From Myxococcota bacterium (GTDB lineage: Bacteria > Myxococcota_A > UBA9160 > UBA6930), in assembly GCA_965223415.1 (NCBI GenBank), contig OZ245002.1, forward strand, positions 3,910,242 through 3,974,241: a DNA stretch of 64,000 nucleotides, read 5' to 3'. Positions 21,069-30,136 of this stretch are shown in pieces. Below the pieces are notes generated by a model. It did not search any database. It was not told where the DNA came from and saw only the letters and a list, made by a program, of their open reading frames with translations. Every line of letters starts with the position of its first letter. The stretch's first letter is position 1. The translations under genes and the position numbers were made by a program.

Positions 21069-22357
21069 TCAGCCGCCCGGCGCGACGTCGAAGCATGCCC
21101 GGTAGCGCGCGAAGGCGGCCCGGAGCTCCTGCGGGTCGGCGCCCAGGCCGTCGAGCGGGTAGGCGTGCCCGCCGTAGCGATTCGCCGGATTCTCGCCGAG
21201 GGCCTTCGCCATGGCGGCTTCGGTGTCCGCATTCCAGGGCCGCTGGAAGCGGGTGTAGAGCCCGCGCACGACCGCGAGCGCGTCCCGCTGGAAGTCCTCG
21301 AAGTGGCTGTGATGCACCCGCGCCTCGGGCAGGAGCCCCGCCTCCGTCCAGTCCACCAGGGCCTCGAAGGTCGCGCAGTAGCGCCGCAGGTGGCCCTCGG
21401 CGATCGCGTCTCCCTCGACCACGTCGCTGTGGGCCCAGCGGAGGTTGGCGATCAGCTGGTCAGGGACGCCAGCAAGGTGGGCGGGTCCCGGTGTGTGACG
21501 GCGATGCGCGCGTCCGGGTAGATGGCCAGCAGCGTCGGCAGCGAGTGCAGATGGACGGGGGACTTCAGGACCCAGGCCGACGTGGGACACCGACGTTGGA
21601 GCACCTGGAGGACGAGGCGATGCATCCGATAGGCCGGCTCCATGTCGGCGCCGAAGAGCCAGCGCTCGTAGCTCGGGACGGCGTAGCGCGCCGTGAACTC
21701 CTCGGACTGGAAGACCAGGGACATGGCCGAGAGGCACTCCTTCGGTCGTCGTGCCCCGTACTCGTGGATGGCCCGCAGCCCGCTCACCACTGTCTGGGGG
21801 CCGGCGAGCTCGCGCTCGGCCAGGGCGACCCGCGGATCGTCGTCCGAGGCCTCCGGGTCACTCCGTGGAGGGGGCACCGGGCGCAGCAGCTCCCAGCCGA
21901 GGGGCACCCGGTGGCGCGGATCGGCGGCGAGCAGGGTGTGGAGGATGGTCGTCCCCGTCCGGGGCGCACCGGCGACGAAGAGCGGCGCGTCGATGGCCTC
22001 GTCCACGACGCCCGGGTCGCCGTCCAGGTACGCGAGGAGCTGCAGTCGCACCTCCAGGAGCCGCAGCAGGAAGCGCCGCGTGAGGAGGCGCCCGACCTGC
22101 GTGAGGCGCGCCTCCTCCTCGAGGGCCGTGGTGAGCAGGCCCAGGTTCCCGATCGCCGGCTCCGCTTCGAAGCCGGGCCGCCCGAAGGCGGCGCGCAGCT
22201 CGGAGGGCGAGCGCGCGTCCCGGCCCTGCCGGGCAGCCGCCTCCGCCAGCAGCGCGTCGCGTTGGAGCGGCAGCGCGGCCTCCTCCGCCACCGGGCCCGC
22301 CTCGGCCGCGTTCAGGGCCACCACCCAGTCGGGACGCGCGGGCGGCTCCCAGCTCAC
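21069..22357 (-). pseudogene. Sulfotransferase with a 1-nt frameshift near 21454 (pseudogene or sequencing error)
   Basis: PAPS motif GAPRTGTT, WVLKSP, THRDP in one frame ending LASLTS*; C-terminal half (LIANLRWAHSD...) in another frame; adding one C restores LTSLIANL. Confidence 0.85.
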
Positions 22358-23544
22358 GTCCGGAAGCGCCACGCGAGGTGGCTCTTGCGCCGCCGGATCT
22401 CCTCGCGGCGGGCCGCCGCGTCGACCTCCGGCGTGTCCCCGGGCAGCGCGTCGCGCAGCTCGGCGCGGGGAAGCGTCCGGACCTTCGGGGTCGGGTCGCT
22501 CTCGGCCCAGAACCAGCGGTAGGTCAGGATCCCGCTTCGGTGGCCGGCGGTGTCGAGCCAGTTCGGCACGCGCGGATCCTCGTGGGCCAGGACGAATCGC
22601 ACACGCCCGTCGCCGCCCACCACGGCCTGGTGCTGGTTGATCGACGTCACCCGGTGGACGGGCTCGATCGGCTCGAACCAGCCGAGGCTCGCGATCTGCA
22701 GCCCCCAGTATCGCGCTCGGGGCACGTCCGTCTCGATCAGGAGCGCCTGCTCGGGACCCAGATCCCAGAACAGGAAGCCGTAGCGGGCGTCCGAGAGCAC
22801 CTTCGCGACGGTTCCGTGCATCGTGAAGGTGTTGTCCGCGGCCTCCGCGCGATGCTGCTGGAGGTATTCGTTCCAGCCGAGCATCGAGCGCTCGACCTGC
22901 TCGAGCGCATGGTCGAGCTGCGCCGCGATCCGCTCCGGCCCGGGCGGGGGCGGGGCGCCCTTGGGGTCGAGGCATTCGATGGTGAACACGGCCGGCTCGG
23001 CCGGCTGCCAGTCGACGTAGAACTCCCGCAGGGAGACCGTGGTGACGTCCTCGGGAATCGCCGTCCAGCCCGGCTCGCTGCCATTGCCGCCCAGCAGGAT
23101 CTCGAAGTCGTCGCCCGGGCCGAGGCCGAGGTCGACCGAGGAGATCGCCTTCTTCGTTCCCCACTCCTTCATGTGCATGAAACCCACCCGCAGCGTCAGC
23201 GCGAAGTGCTCGCAACTGTGCATGCGCCCGCGAATTCGATACCGGTGCTTCGGGTCGATCCGCGCGTGGTGGTAGGCGTTGTCCTGGTTCGGGCCGCCCC
23301 ATTGGGTGAAGAGGTCGTTCGAGCGGTGGAAGAAGGGTGCGCTCGTGTCCGCGTGGGCGAGCGCCCAGCCGAGCCAGCAGGAGACCTGGTCGGCGAGGTG
23401 GGCGACGCCCTCCGAGACGTCGCGGGGCTCGTTCGGGAATTCGTCCTCCAGCAGACGCTCGCCGAGGGCCTCCACGCGCCGGCAGAAGCGCTTCCAGGCT
23501 CGGACGTCCTCGGGGAGCGAAGGCGCGGGCCCCCTCTCGCTCAT
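22354..23544 (-). CDS. DUF1214-like protein (sulfotransferase-associated)
   Basis: WGGPNQDNAY, YRIRG, GDDFEI, LREFYVDW, DGRVRFVLAHEDP.VPNWLDTAG; GTGA overlap with sulfotransferase. Confidence 0.8.
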   Translation of the reverse strand: MSERGPAPSLPEDVRAWKRFCRRVEALGERLLEDEFPNEPRDVSEGVAHLADQVSCWLGWALAHADTSAPFFHRSNDLFTQWGGPNQDNAYHHARIDPKHRYRIRGRMHSCEHFALTLRVGFMHMKEWGTKKAISSVDLGLGPGDDFEILLGGNGSEPGWTAIPEDVTTVSLREFYVDWQPAEPAVFTIECLDPKGAPPPPGPERIAAQLDHALEQVERSMLGWNEYLQQHRAEAADNTFTMHGTVAKVLSDARYGFLFWDLGPEQALLIETDVPRARYWGLQIASLGWFEPIEPVHRVTSINQHQAVVGGDGRVRFVLAHEDPRVPNWLDTAGHRSGILTYRWFWAESDPTPKVRTLPRAELRDALPGDTPEVDAAARREEIRRRKSHLAWRFRT

Positions 23545-24329
23545 GCCCGCATCACGCCGCCGCCGTCGACCATGAAGGTCTGGCCGGTCACGTAGCGGCT
23601 CGCGTCCGACAGCAGGAAGGCCACCACCGGCGCGATGTCCGCCTCCGGGTCTCCGTCGCGGCCGAGTGGGTGGTCCTTGTACATCTCGGCGAAGGCCGCG
23701 GCGCGCTGGCCGTCATCGTCCGCGACCGCCATGCGGTGGGCCACGGAAGCCGGGCAGACGCAGTTCACCGTGATTCCGAACTCGCCCCACTCGCGGGCGG
23801 CGGTCCGGGTGAGAGAGCGGGTCCCCTCCTTCGCCGCCGAGTAGGGGCCGTAGCCCGGCGCCCCCGTCAGGCCCATGGCGGAGCCCATCGTCACGATGCG
23901 CCCGCGGCCGAGGGCCTGCATGTGGGGAAGCACCGCCTGCATCAGCCAGAGCGTGCCCTTCGGCCCCGTGTCCAGGACGCGATCGATGTCTTCGGGCCGG
24001 ACATCCGCCAGCTTCGTGACGGGACGCAGGGATTGGGCGTTCGCGACGAGGCCGTCGATCCGGCCGAAGGCGTCGATCGCGGTCGCCGCGACGGCGCGGC
24101 TGGCCTCCGGATCGGCGACGTCCGCGACCCTCGTACGATGGGGCGCGCCCAGGGCACGGAGCTCCTCGCCCAGCCGCTCGAGACGCTCCTGCTTGCGCCC
24201 GGTGATCGTCAGCTGGACGCCGGCCCTCGCGAGCACGCGCGCCAGGCCGAGGCCGATGCCCCGCGTCCCACCCGTCAGGACGACGCTTCGACCCGCCAGG
24301 TCGCCCGGGATCACGGAGAGGTCCTCCAC
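23541..24329 (-). CDS. SDR family oxidoreductase
   Basis: TGGTRGIG, YSAAK, ITVNCVCP, YVTGQTFMVDGG. Confidence 0.93.
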   Translation of the reverse strand: MEDLSVIPGDLAGRSVVLTGGTRGIGLGLARVLARAGVQLTITGRKQERLERLGEELRALGAPHRTRVADVADPEASRAVAATAIDAFGRIDGLVANAQSLRPVTKLADVRPEDIDRVLDTGPKGTLWLMQAVLPHMQALGRGRIVTMGSAMGLTGAPGYGPYSAAKEGTRSLTRTAAREWGEFGITVNCVCPASVAHRMAVADDDGQRAAAFAEMYKDHPLGRDGDPEADIAPVVAFLLSDASRYVTGQTFMVDGGGVMRA

Positions 24330-24347
24330 GGCCGCACGATACCGCGC

Positions 24348-25139
24348 CTACGCGACGGGCGCGGCGGCGATCCGGACCAGAGCGGTCGAGGTGAGGGCGT
24401 CGTCTCGACCGCGGTCCCGCTGCGTCACGCAGAGCATCCCGGCAGCGGGCTCGCCGATCCAGTGGGCCTCGCTCTCCACGGGTCCGATGGAGGCCGCAGC
24501 CAGGTAGCGAAGATCGAGCTCGGTCACGACGGCCGGGCCCTCGGCTGCGTGCTCGGCGAGGGCCAGCGAGGCGCACTCGGCGAGGAGGGCGACGAGGGCG
24601 CCCTGGAGCACGCCCTCGGGGTTCAGCAGCGCTTCGCGAAGCGCCAGGCGGACCGCACCGCGCGTCGCGTCGACCGTCTCGACGCCGACCTCCTCGTCGA
24701 GGGGGCGTTCCAGGGGGTGGAAGGGGATCTGCTCCGGCGTCGCGAGCGTGCGCCGATCCGGCACGGGTCCGCTGCGGGCCCGGCGCAGGAACGTCGTCTG
24801 CCCGTAGGCGTGCATGCCTTCGCCGGATTCCAGGCGGACCTCCGTCGTGACCAGCCGGCGGCCGACGCGAAGCGGGGTGGCGTGGGCGATCACCTTCGCG
24901 GGCACGCCCGGCCGCGGGACGCGCAGGGAGAGGTCCGTCGTGAAGGTAGCGTCGGTACCGGCGGCCTCCCGGGCCGTGAATCCGCCCACCAGGTCGACCG
25001 CCGATGCGAGCACCGTCGCGCGCAGGGCGCCGTTCCGGCAGACCTGCGGGTAGGGCTCGACCCGCAGCGGGGTCCGTGCGACGCCCGTTCGCGAGAATCC
25101 GTAGCGGGTGAAGAGCGGAGGCGTCCGGTCCGCGGTCAA
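24348..25139 (-). CDS. Double-hotdog PaaI-type thioesterase
   Basis: Two hotdog repeats (LASAVDLVGG...TTDLSLR; NPEGVLQGALVALLAE...LDLRYLAA..GP); TTG start overlapping upstream stop. Confidence 0.78.
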   Translation of the reverse strand: MTADRTPPLFTRYGFSRTGVARTPLRVEPYPQVCRNGALRATVLASAVDLVGGFTAREAAGTDATFTTDLSLRVPRPGVPAKVIAHATPLRVGRRLVTTEVRLESGEGMHAYGQTTFLRRARSGPVPDRRTLATPEQIPFHPLERPLDEEVGVETVDATRGAVRLALREALLNPEGVLQGALVALLAECASLALAEHAAEGPAVVTELDLRYLAAASIGPVESEAHWIGEPAAGMLCVTQRDRGRDDALTSTALVRIAAAPVA

Positions 25140-25927
25140 CGCTTCGGCACGTCCGGAGTGGGGGTCGGGTAGCGGCAGGCGATGCCGCCGTCGACGGGGA
25201 CGACGACGCCCGTCACGTAGCTCGCCTCGTCGGAGGCGAGGAAGAGGGCGACGTTCGCGATCTCCTCCGGCGCGCCGAGCCGGCGCAGGGGCACGCCCTC
25301 CTCCATGCGCTGCCTCAGGCCTTCCACGGAGTCGAGGTACGAGGCGAAGCCCTCGGAGGCGATCGGCCCCGGCGAGATCACGTTGGCGCGGATGCCATGG
25401 GGGCCGTACTCCTCCGCCACGCTCTTGGCGAGGTTCACGACGCCGGCCTTGGCCATTCCGTACGCCGCGAGTCCCGGCACCGCGCCGAGCCCCGCACCGG
25501 ACGTGGTGATGAGGATGCAGCCGGACCTGCGCGGCAGCATCACCCGGAGCGCCGCGCGGGTTCCGAAGAAGACGCCGTCGAGGTTCAACGCCAGGGTCGC
25601 GCGGTACTCGTCGTCGCGGAGGCCCTCGGTGGGCTGCGGGAGTGCGCCACCCGCGTTGCTGAACATGACGTCGAGTCGCCCGAAGTCGTTCACCGCCCGG
25701 TCGACGAGCCCGTCGACTTGCGCCGAGTCGGTGACGTCGGCGGGATGGCAGATCGCGTTTCCGCCGAACTCGACGATGGTCTTTGTCGTGTCCTCGGCGG
25801 TCGCTGCGTCGACGTCGCTGACGACGACCGTCGCGCCGGACCGGGCGAAGCGGATCGCGCAGGCCCGCCCGATGCCCCGGCCGCTTCCGGTGATGATCGA
25901 GATCCTGCCGGCGAGTCGTTCGTCCAT
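25136..25927 (-). CDS. SDR family oxidoreductase
   Basis: TGSGRGIG, FSNAG, YGMAK, IRANVISPG, YVTGVVVPVDGG. Confidence 0.93.
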   Translation of the reverse strand: MDERLAGRISIITGSGRGIGRACAIRFARSGATVVVSDVDAATAEDTTKTIVEFGGNAICHPADVTDSAQVDGLVDRAVNDFGRLDVMFSNAGGALPQPTEGLRDDEYRATLALNLDGVFFGTRAALRVMLPRRSGCILITTSGAGLGAVPGLAAYGMAKAGVVNLAKSVAEEYGPHGIRANVISPGPIASEGFASYLDSVEGLRQRMEEGVPLRRLGAPEEIANVALFLASDEASYVTGVVVPVDGGIACRYPTPTPDVPKR

Positions 25928-25932
25928 GGCGG

Positions 25933-27717
25933 CTAATCGTACACCGCGTCGATGGACCAGCAGCGTCCGACGTGGTCGCATCGCAAGCGGAAGACCCAGC
26001 CGTCGCGGGTCTGCACGTCGTAGTGGTCGAAGGCGTAGCGCTCGCCCTCGGACCACCAGCGGCCGGTGGTGCGCCAGGGGCCGGCGCAGTGGACGACGTC
26101 GCCGTTGGCCAGGGGGCTGCGGATCCGGCGCGGCTGGCCGCCCGGCGCGTCGACCTGGGCGCGCACCGGCGGGCGCAGGGCGCGCAGCGCCAGGTGGGGG
26201 CGCGTGGGGTCCGGAGGCTCGGACGCTCCGGCTTGGGAGGGGCGGAAGGCGGCGACCTCGTAGGCGTCCGGGCGGTGGTCGTCGGCGACGGCGGGGGCGC
26301 CGACGCGATCGGCGCCGCACAGGGCGCCGAGCTCGGCGAGGGTGTGGTCGAGGACGGCGGGGCTCGGGCCGGGAGGACGGAAGAAGTCGAGCTGGTCGCC
26401 GCGCAGGGGCGCGCCGGGCGTCGCCAGGCGCACGTGGATGGGCGCCTCGCCCGGTGGCTTCGACTCGAGGGAGAGGGCGACCAGCCGCAGGGCCAGGCGC
26501 GGATCGACGGTGGGGGCGGCCAGGCCGACGCGTCGCGCGTCGCGGCCGCCGCCCTCGAAGCCGAGCTCGAGCTCGAGATCGCCCAGGGCCAGGCCGCGAC
26601 AGGTGAGCCGCCCCTGCAGCCGCGAGAGCATGCCGCGCAGCACGAACAGCAGGGGCTCGAGCTGCTGCACGGCGAACTCGAGCTCCATGGCCTCCTCGAA
26701 GCAGAGCGTGGCCTCGGCGGAAGGAGGCGGCGCGCGGTCGTGGCCGCGGGCCAGATCGAGGAGCGGCACCACCCGCGCGCCGAGGCGCTGGGTGAGGGCA
26801 CGTTCGGACAGGCGCAGCAGGTCGGAGACCCGGCGCAGGCCGAAGCGGGTGAGTGCGCTGGCGAGATCGTCGTCCGGATCCAGCAGGTCGAGGGGGAGAG
26901 GGGCCAGGGCCTCCGCGTCTTCGCCCGGCGGCACGACGCGCACGCTCTCGCCGGCGAAGGCGAGCTGCCGGGCGAGGATGCGGGCGGCGCCGCGGGAGCC
27001 GGCCACCGCCACCACGCCGGGCAGTCCGAGTCGCGCCGCACGCTCGCCGAGGGCGCTGGCGAAGCCGGCCTCGGAGTGGAAGAGGGCGCTCGTGCCGCTC
27101 GCGTCCACGATGGCGGCGGCCTCGGCGGCGTGCAGGCCGCTTCCGGCCGGGGCGAGCTCGGCGCGGGGCGAGGTGGAGAGCGCCGCGTCGAGGAGCGCGT
27201 CCCGGGCGGCGCGCTCGAGCGCGGGCGAGGCGACCTGCACGTGGAGCTCGGCGCAGGCGGCGCGGGCGTGCACCACGGTCGTACCGGGGCGGACCGCCGC
27301 CCGCGCCGCTTCGGGCGAGACCGCCAGGATCTCGGCGCGGGAGCCCGCGGCGGAGGCGACGGCAAAGGGGCGTCCCCGAAGCTCCGGGTGGGCGCGCAAG
27401 GCGGCGGCGAGGGGCATGGCCGGGATCAGGAGACACGCCAGTCTGTTGGGACTTCGCTCGCCGGTCGTTCGCTTCCGCTCACGGGCTCGCTGCGCGTGCC
27501 TCGCTTCGCGGGTCGCTTGCGGGAGGAGAGGTGCGCTGGGCTCGTCGCTGCGGGCGGGCTCCTTGCGCGGCTTCGTCGGCTCGCGTTTCGCCTTCGGCGG
27601 CGGCTCGAGCTCGGGGAGCAGCGCCGGCTGCTCGAGACGCTCGGTGAGTCGCTCGCGACGGATGCGCTTGGCGCGCGGAGCCTCGTCGCGGGAATCGGGA
27701 CGCGTGGGGGGGGACAC
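25933..27717 (-). CDS. imuB: ImuB (inactive Y-family polymerase homologue)
   Basis: Y-family fold lacking DxDxF and DE catalytic motifs; clamp motif DQLDFF; C-terminal GPWRTTGRWW...YDV; downstream of imuA. Confidence 0.9.
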   Translation of the reverse strand: MSPPTRPDSRDEAPRAKRIRRERLTERLEQPALLPELEPPPKAKREPTKPRKEPARSDEPSAPLLPQATREARHAQRARERKRTTGERSPNRLACLLIPAMPLAAALRAHPELRGRPFAVASAAGSRAEILAVSPEAARAAVRPGTTVVHARAACAELHVQVASPALERAARDALLDAALSTSPRAELAPAGSGLHAAEAAAIVDASGTSALFHSEAGFASALGERAARLGLPGVVAVAGSRGAARILARQLAFAGESVRVVPPGEDAEALAPLPLDLLDPDDDLASALTRFGLRRVSDLLRLSERALTQRLGARVVPLLDLARGHDRAPPPSAEATLCFEEAMELEFAVQQLEPLLFVLRGMLSRLQGRLTCRGLALGDLELELGFEGGGRDARRVGLAAPTVDPRLALRLVALSLESKPPGEAPIHVRLATPGAPLRGDQLDFFRPPGPSPAVLDHTLAELGALCGADRVGAPAVADDHRPDAYEVAAFRPSQAGASEPPDPTRPHLALRALRPPVRAQVDAPGGQPRRIRSPLANGDVVHCAGPWRTTGRWWSEGERYAFDHYDVQTRDGWVFRLRCDHVGRCWSIDAVYD

Positions 27718-27738
27718 GTCGCGCTCCGGGTGGTGGAA

Positions 27739-28494
27739 TCATGCGGCGCGCTCGTCTTCGGCGCGCGTTGGCCCGTTTCCGACGGTGGGCTCGCTCTCTG
27801 CGCGCCAACGCACGGGGACGGAGCGGCCGTCGGGGCCGAGGCGGTTGCGGACCAGGGCGACGCGACCGTCGAGCCCTTCGAGCCAGGCCGGGCCGGCTTC
27901 GAAGCAGGGACGCGCCTCCCCCAGCTCGAGGGCGAGATCGGCGAAGGTGCCGATCAGCCGCTGGTGGCTGAGCGTGACGAAGGCGGCGGAGGTGGAAGCC
28001 ACGAGCTTGCGCACGCGCGGCCAGACCGCCTGGGAGACCCGCGGCGTCTCGTGGGCCATGGCCAGGTCGAGCAGCACCAGGGCGAAGCCTCCGGCGCGCA
28101 GCACGTGCTCGGCGCAGCGCAGGGCCTCGGGCACGCCAGGGGGCCGGGCCCAGAGCACCCGGGCCAGGTCGACGCCGCCGTCCCGGGCCGAGATCGGGTC
28201 GAAGGCGTCGGCGCGGTCGATCACGCAGGCCAGCCCGCCGCCGGCCGTGGCCCGGGCGAGCAGGGCATGGGCCAGGGAGGTGCGGCCGCAGGAGGCCGGG
28301 CCGGCGATCTCGCTCACGCGCCCGCGCGGGAAGCCGCCCCCGAGCAGCGCGTCCAGCGGCTCCAGGCCGGTGGGCTGGCGTTCTTCGGGCAGACCGGGGC
28401 CGCCGCCTCGTCGGACGGGGACGGGAAGGGAGCGCAGGAGTCTCTCAAGGCGGCCGTCCTCGGCGGGGGCGGCTGCCCGGGGGGGCGAGAGCAT
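27739..28494 (-). CDS. imuA: ImuA / RecA-like mutasome protein
   Basis: TGLEPLDALLGGGFPRGRVSEIAG, degenerate Walker A GPASCGRTS, FDP...GVDLARVLW, GGFALVLLD. Confidence 0.88.
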   Translation of the reverse strand: MLSPPRAAAPAEDGRLERLLRSLPVPVRRGGGPGLPEERQPTGLEPLDALLGGGFPRGRVSEIAGPASCGRTSLAHALLARATAGGGLACVIDRADAFDPISARDGGVDLARVLWARPPGVPEALRCAEHVLRAGGFALVLLDLAMAHETPRVSQAVWPRVRKLVASTSAAFVTLSHQRLIGTFADLALELGEARPCFEAGPAWLEGLDGRVALVRNRLGPDGRSVPVRWRAESEPTVGNGPTRAEDERAA

Positions 28495-28500
28495 GACTCG

Positions 28501-28531
28501 GGATTTTCGCTCTTTCTTCGCCTCGGGTCAA
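28501..28531 (-). promoter_or_regulatory. imuA promoter/operator TTGACC-N17-GAAAAT with CGAA-N7-CGAA repeat
   Basis: 27/31 identical to 5397-5427; ATG 8 nt after the -10; -35 overlaps the purN stop. Confidence 0.8.
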
Positions 28532-29145
28532 TCCGAAACGGAGACCCGCCCCTCCTCGATCCGCAGCCGGCCCAGGGCGAACGCCCGCACTGCTTCCGGC
28601 ACCAGCCGTCGCTCGGCCTCGGTCACCCGGGCCTGCAGGGTCTCGATCGTGTCGTCCTCGCGCACCGTCACCGCCTCCTGGGAGACGATCGGTCCGTGGT
28701 CGTACTCCTCGTCGACGAAGTGCACCGTGGCACCGGTGACCTTCACGCCCTTGGCGAGCACCGCCTCGTACACCCGACGGCCGTAGAAGCCCCGGCCCGA
28801 GAAGGCCGGGATCAGCGCCGGGTGCACGTTCAGGGCGCGGCCCTCGTAGCACCCGCGCAGCTGGAAGGGCGAGAGGAAGCCCAGCAGGCACACGAGCTCC
28901 ACCTCGTGCTCGGCCAGGAAGGCGTGGATGCGGTCGTTGAACGCCTCGAGGTCGCGATGCCGCTTGCGCGGGACCGCGAGGGCCGGGATGCCGCGCTTCT
29001 CCGCCCGGCGGAGCCCGCCCACGTCTTCCTTGGAGCTCACCACCGCGACCACCCGCGCCGGCACGCGTCCCGCGTCGATCTGCTCGCACAGGTTCTCGAG
29101 GCTCGTGCCCTCGCCGGAGAGGAGCACGCCCACACGCAGCGTCAT
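28528..29145 (-). CDS. purN: Phosphoribosylglycinamide formyltransferase
   Basis: VLLSGEGTSL, LNVHPALIPAF.G, GVKVTGATVHFVDEEYDHGPI. Confidence 0.96.
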   Translation of the reverse strand: MTLRVGVLLSGEGTSLENLCEQIDAGRVPARVVAVVSSKEDVGGLRRAEKRGIPALAVPRKRHRDLEAFNDRIHAFLAEHEVELVCLLGFLSPFQLRGCYEGRALNVHPALIPAFSGRGFYGRRVYEAVLAKGVKVTGATVHFVDEEYDHGPIVSQEAVTVREDDTIETLQARVTEAERRLVPEAVRAFALGRLRIEEGRVSVSD

Positions 29146-29196
29146 TCCGCACCCACGTGCAGCGTCATTCCGCACCCACGTGCAGCGTCATTCCGC
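29136..29196. repeat. 23-bp tandem repeat (about 2.7 copies) at the metF-purN junction
   Basis: GCAGCGTCATTCCGCACCCACGT at 29136 and 29159; partial GCAGCGTCATTCCGC at 29182. Confidence 0.92.
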
Positions 29197-30057
29197 GAGC
29201 AGCCGCTTCATCACGCGGCGCGAGGCCGGCGACTTGTTGAGGGTGTAGAGGTGGATTCCCGGAGCGCCGCCCGCCAGGAGCTCCCGGCACTGGGCCGTCG
29301 CCCAGGTGACGCCCACCTCGAGGGAGCGCTCCGCATCGCCGGAGGCTTCGGCGAGGGCTTCCTCCAGCTCCCGCGGCGTCTTCGAGCCCGGTGAGAGCCG
29401 CATGGCCGCCCGCAGGTTCTGCAGGGCCACCATCGGCATGATGCCCGGCACGATCGGGACGTCGATCCCCGCCGCACGGGCCCTGCGAACGAAGGCGAAG
29501 TAGTCCTCGTCGTCCAGGAAGAGCTGCGTGATCAGGAACTCGGCGCCCGCCTCGACCTTGTGCTTCAGGTTCGCGAGGTCCTGCTCGAGGCTCTCCGCCT
29601 CCGGATGCTTCTCCGGGTAGCAGGCTCCGCCCACGGTGAGGTCGAAGTGGCCCTTGATGAAGGCCGTGAGCTCGCTCGCGTGGCGGAAGCCGCCGGGCAC
29701 CGGGCGCCACTCCGGCTGGTCCTTCGGCGGGTCTCCGCGCAGGGCCAGCACGTTGCGGATGCCCTCGGCGTGCAGCCGGCCTAGCGTGACCGCGAGCTCC
29801 TCCCGGGTCAGGCCGGTACAGGTCATGTGGGCCATCGCGGTGAGGCCCAGCTCGTTCTGGATGCGAACCACGAGGTCGGTGGTCTTGCTGCGGGTCGAGC
29901 CCTGGGCGCCGCAGGTGACGGACACGAAGCCCGGGCCCAGCTCCTTCAGATCTTCGATCGTGCGGTAGAGGGCGCGGTAGCCCGCGTCGGTCTTCGGCGG
30001 GAAGAACTCGAAGGAGAAGACGGGCCCTTCCCCCTGGTACAGCTCTGCGATGCGCAT
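29188..30057 (-). CDS. metF: 5,10-methylenetetrahydrofolate reductase
   Basis: SFEFFPPK, FVSVT, AHMTC, LALRGDPP, YPEKHPEA, ITQLF, HLYTLN. Confidence 0.96.
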   Translation of the reverse strand: MRIAELYQGEGPVFSFEFFPPKTDAGYRALYRTIEDLKELGPGFVSVTCGAQGSTRSKTTDLVVRIQNELGLTAMAHMTCTGLTREELAVTLGRLHAEGIRNVLALRGDPPKDQPEWRPVPGGFRHASELTAFIKGHFDLTVGGACYPEKHPEAESLEQDLANLKHKVEAGAEFLITQLFLDDEDYFAFVRRARAAGIDVPIVPGIMPMVALQNLRAAMRLSPGSKTPRELEEALAEASGDAERSLEVGVTWATAQCRELLAGGAPGIHLYTLNKSPASRRVMKRLLAE

Positions 30058-30136
30058 CCGGTGGAGTGTACCCGACGGCCCATTGACGCTACGGGGCCAT
30101 GGGCGAGACTGCCCCGCGAGCAGCCAGGAGGGTCGG

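Noticed and set aside
29136-29196. 23-bp repeats as a mini-CRISPR
   Set aside because: Units are directly tandem with identical intervening sequence, no unique spacers and no cas genes
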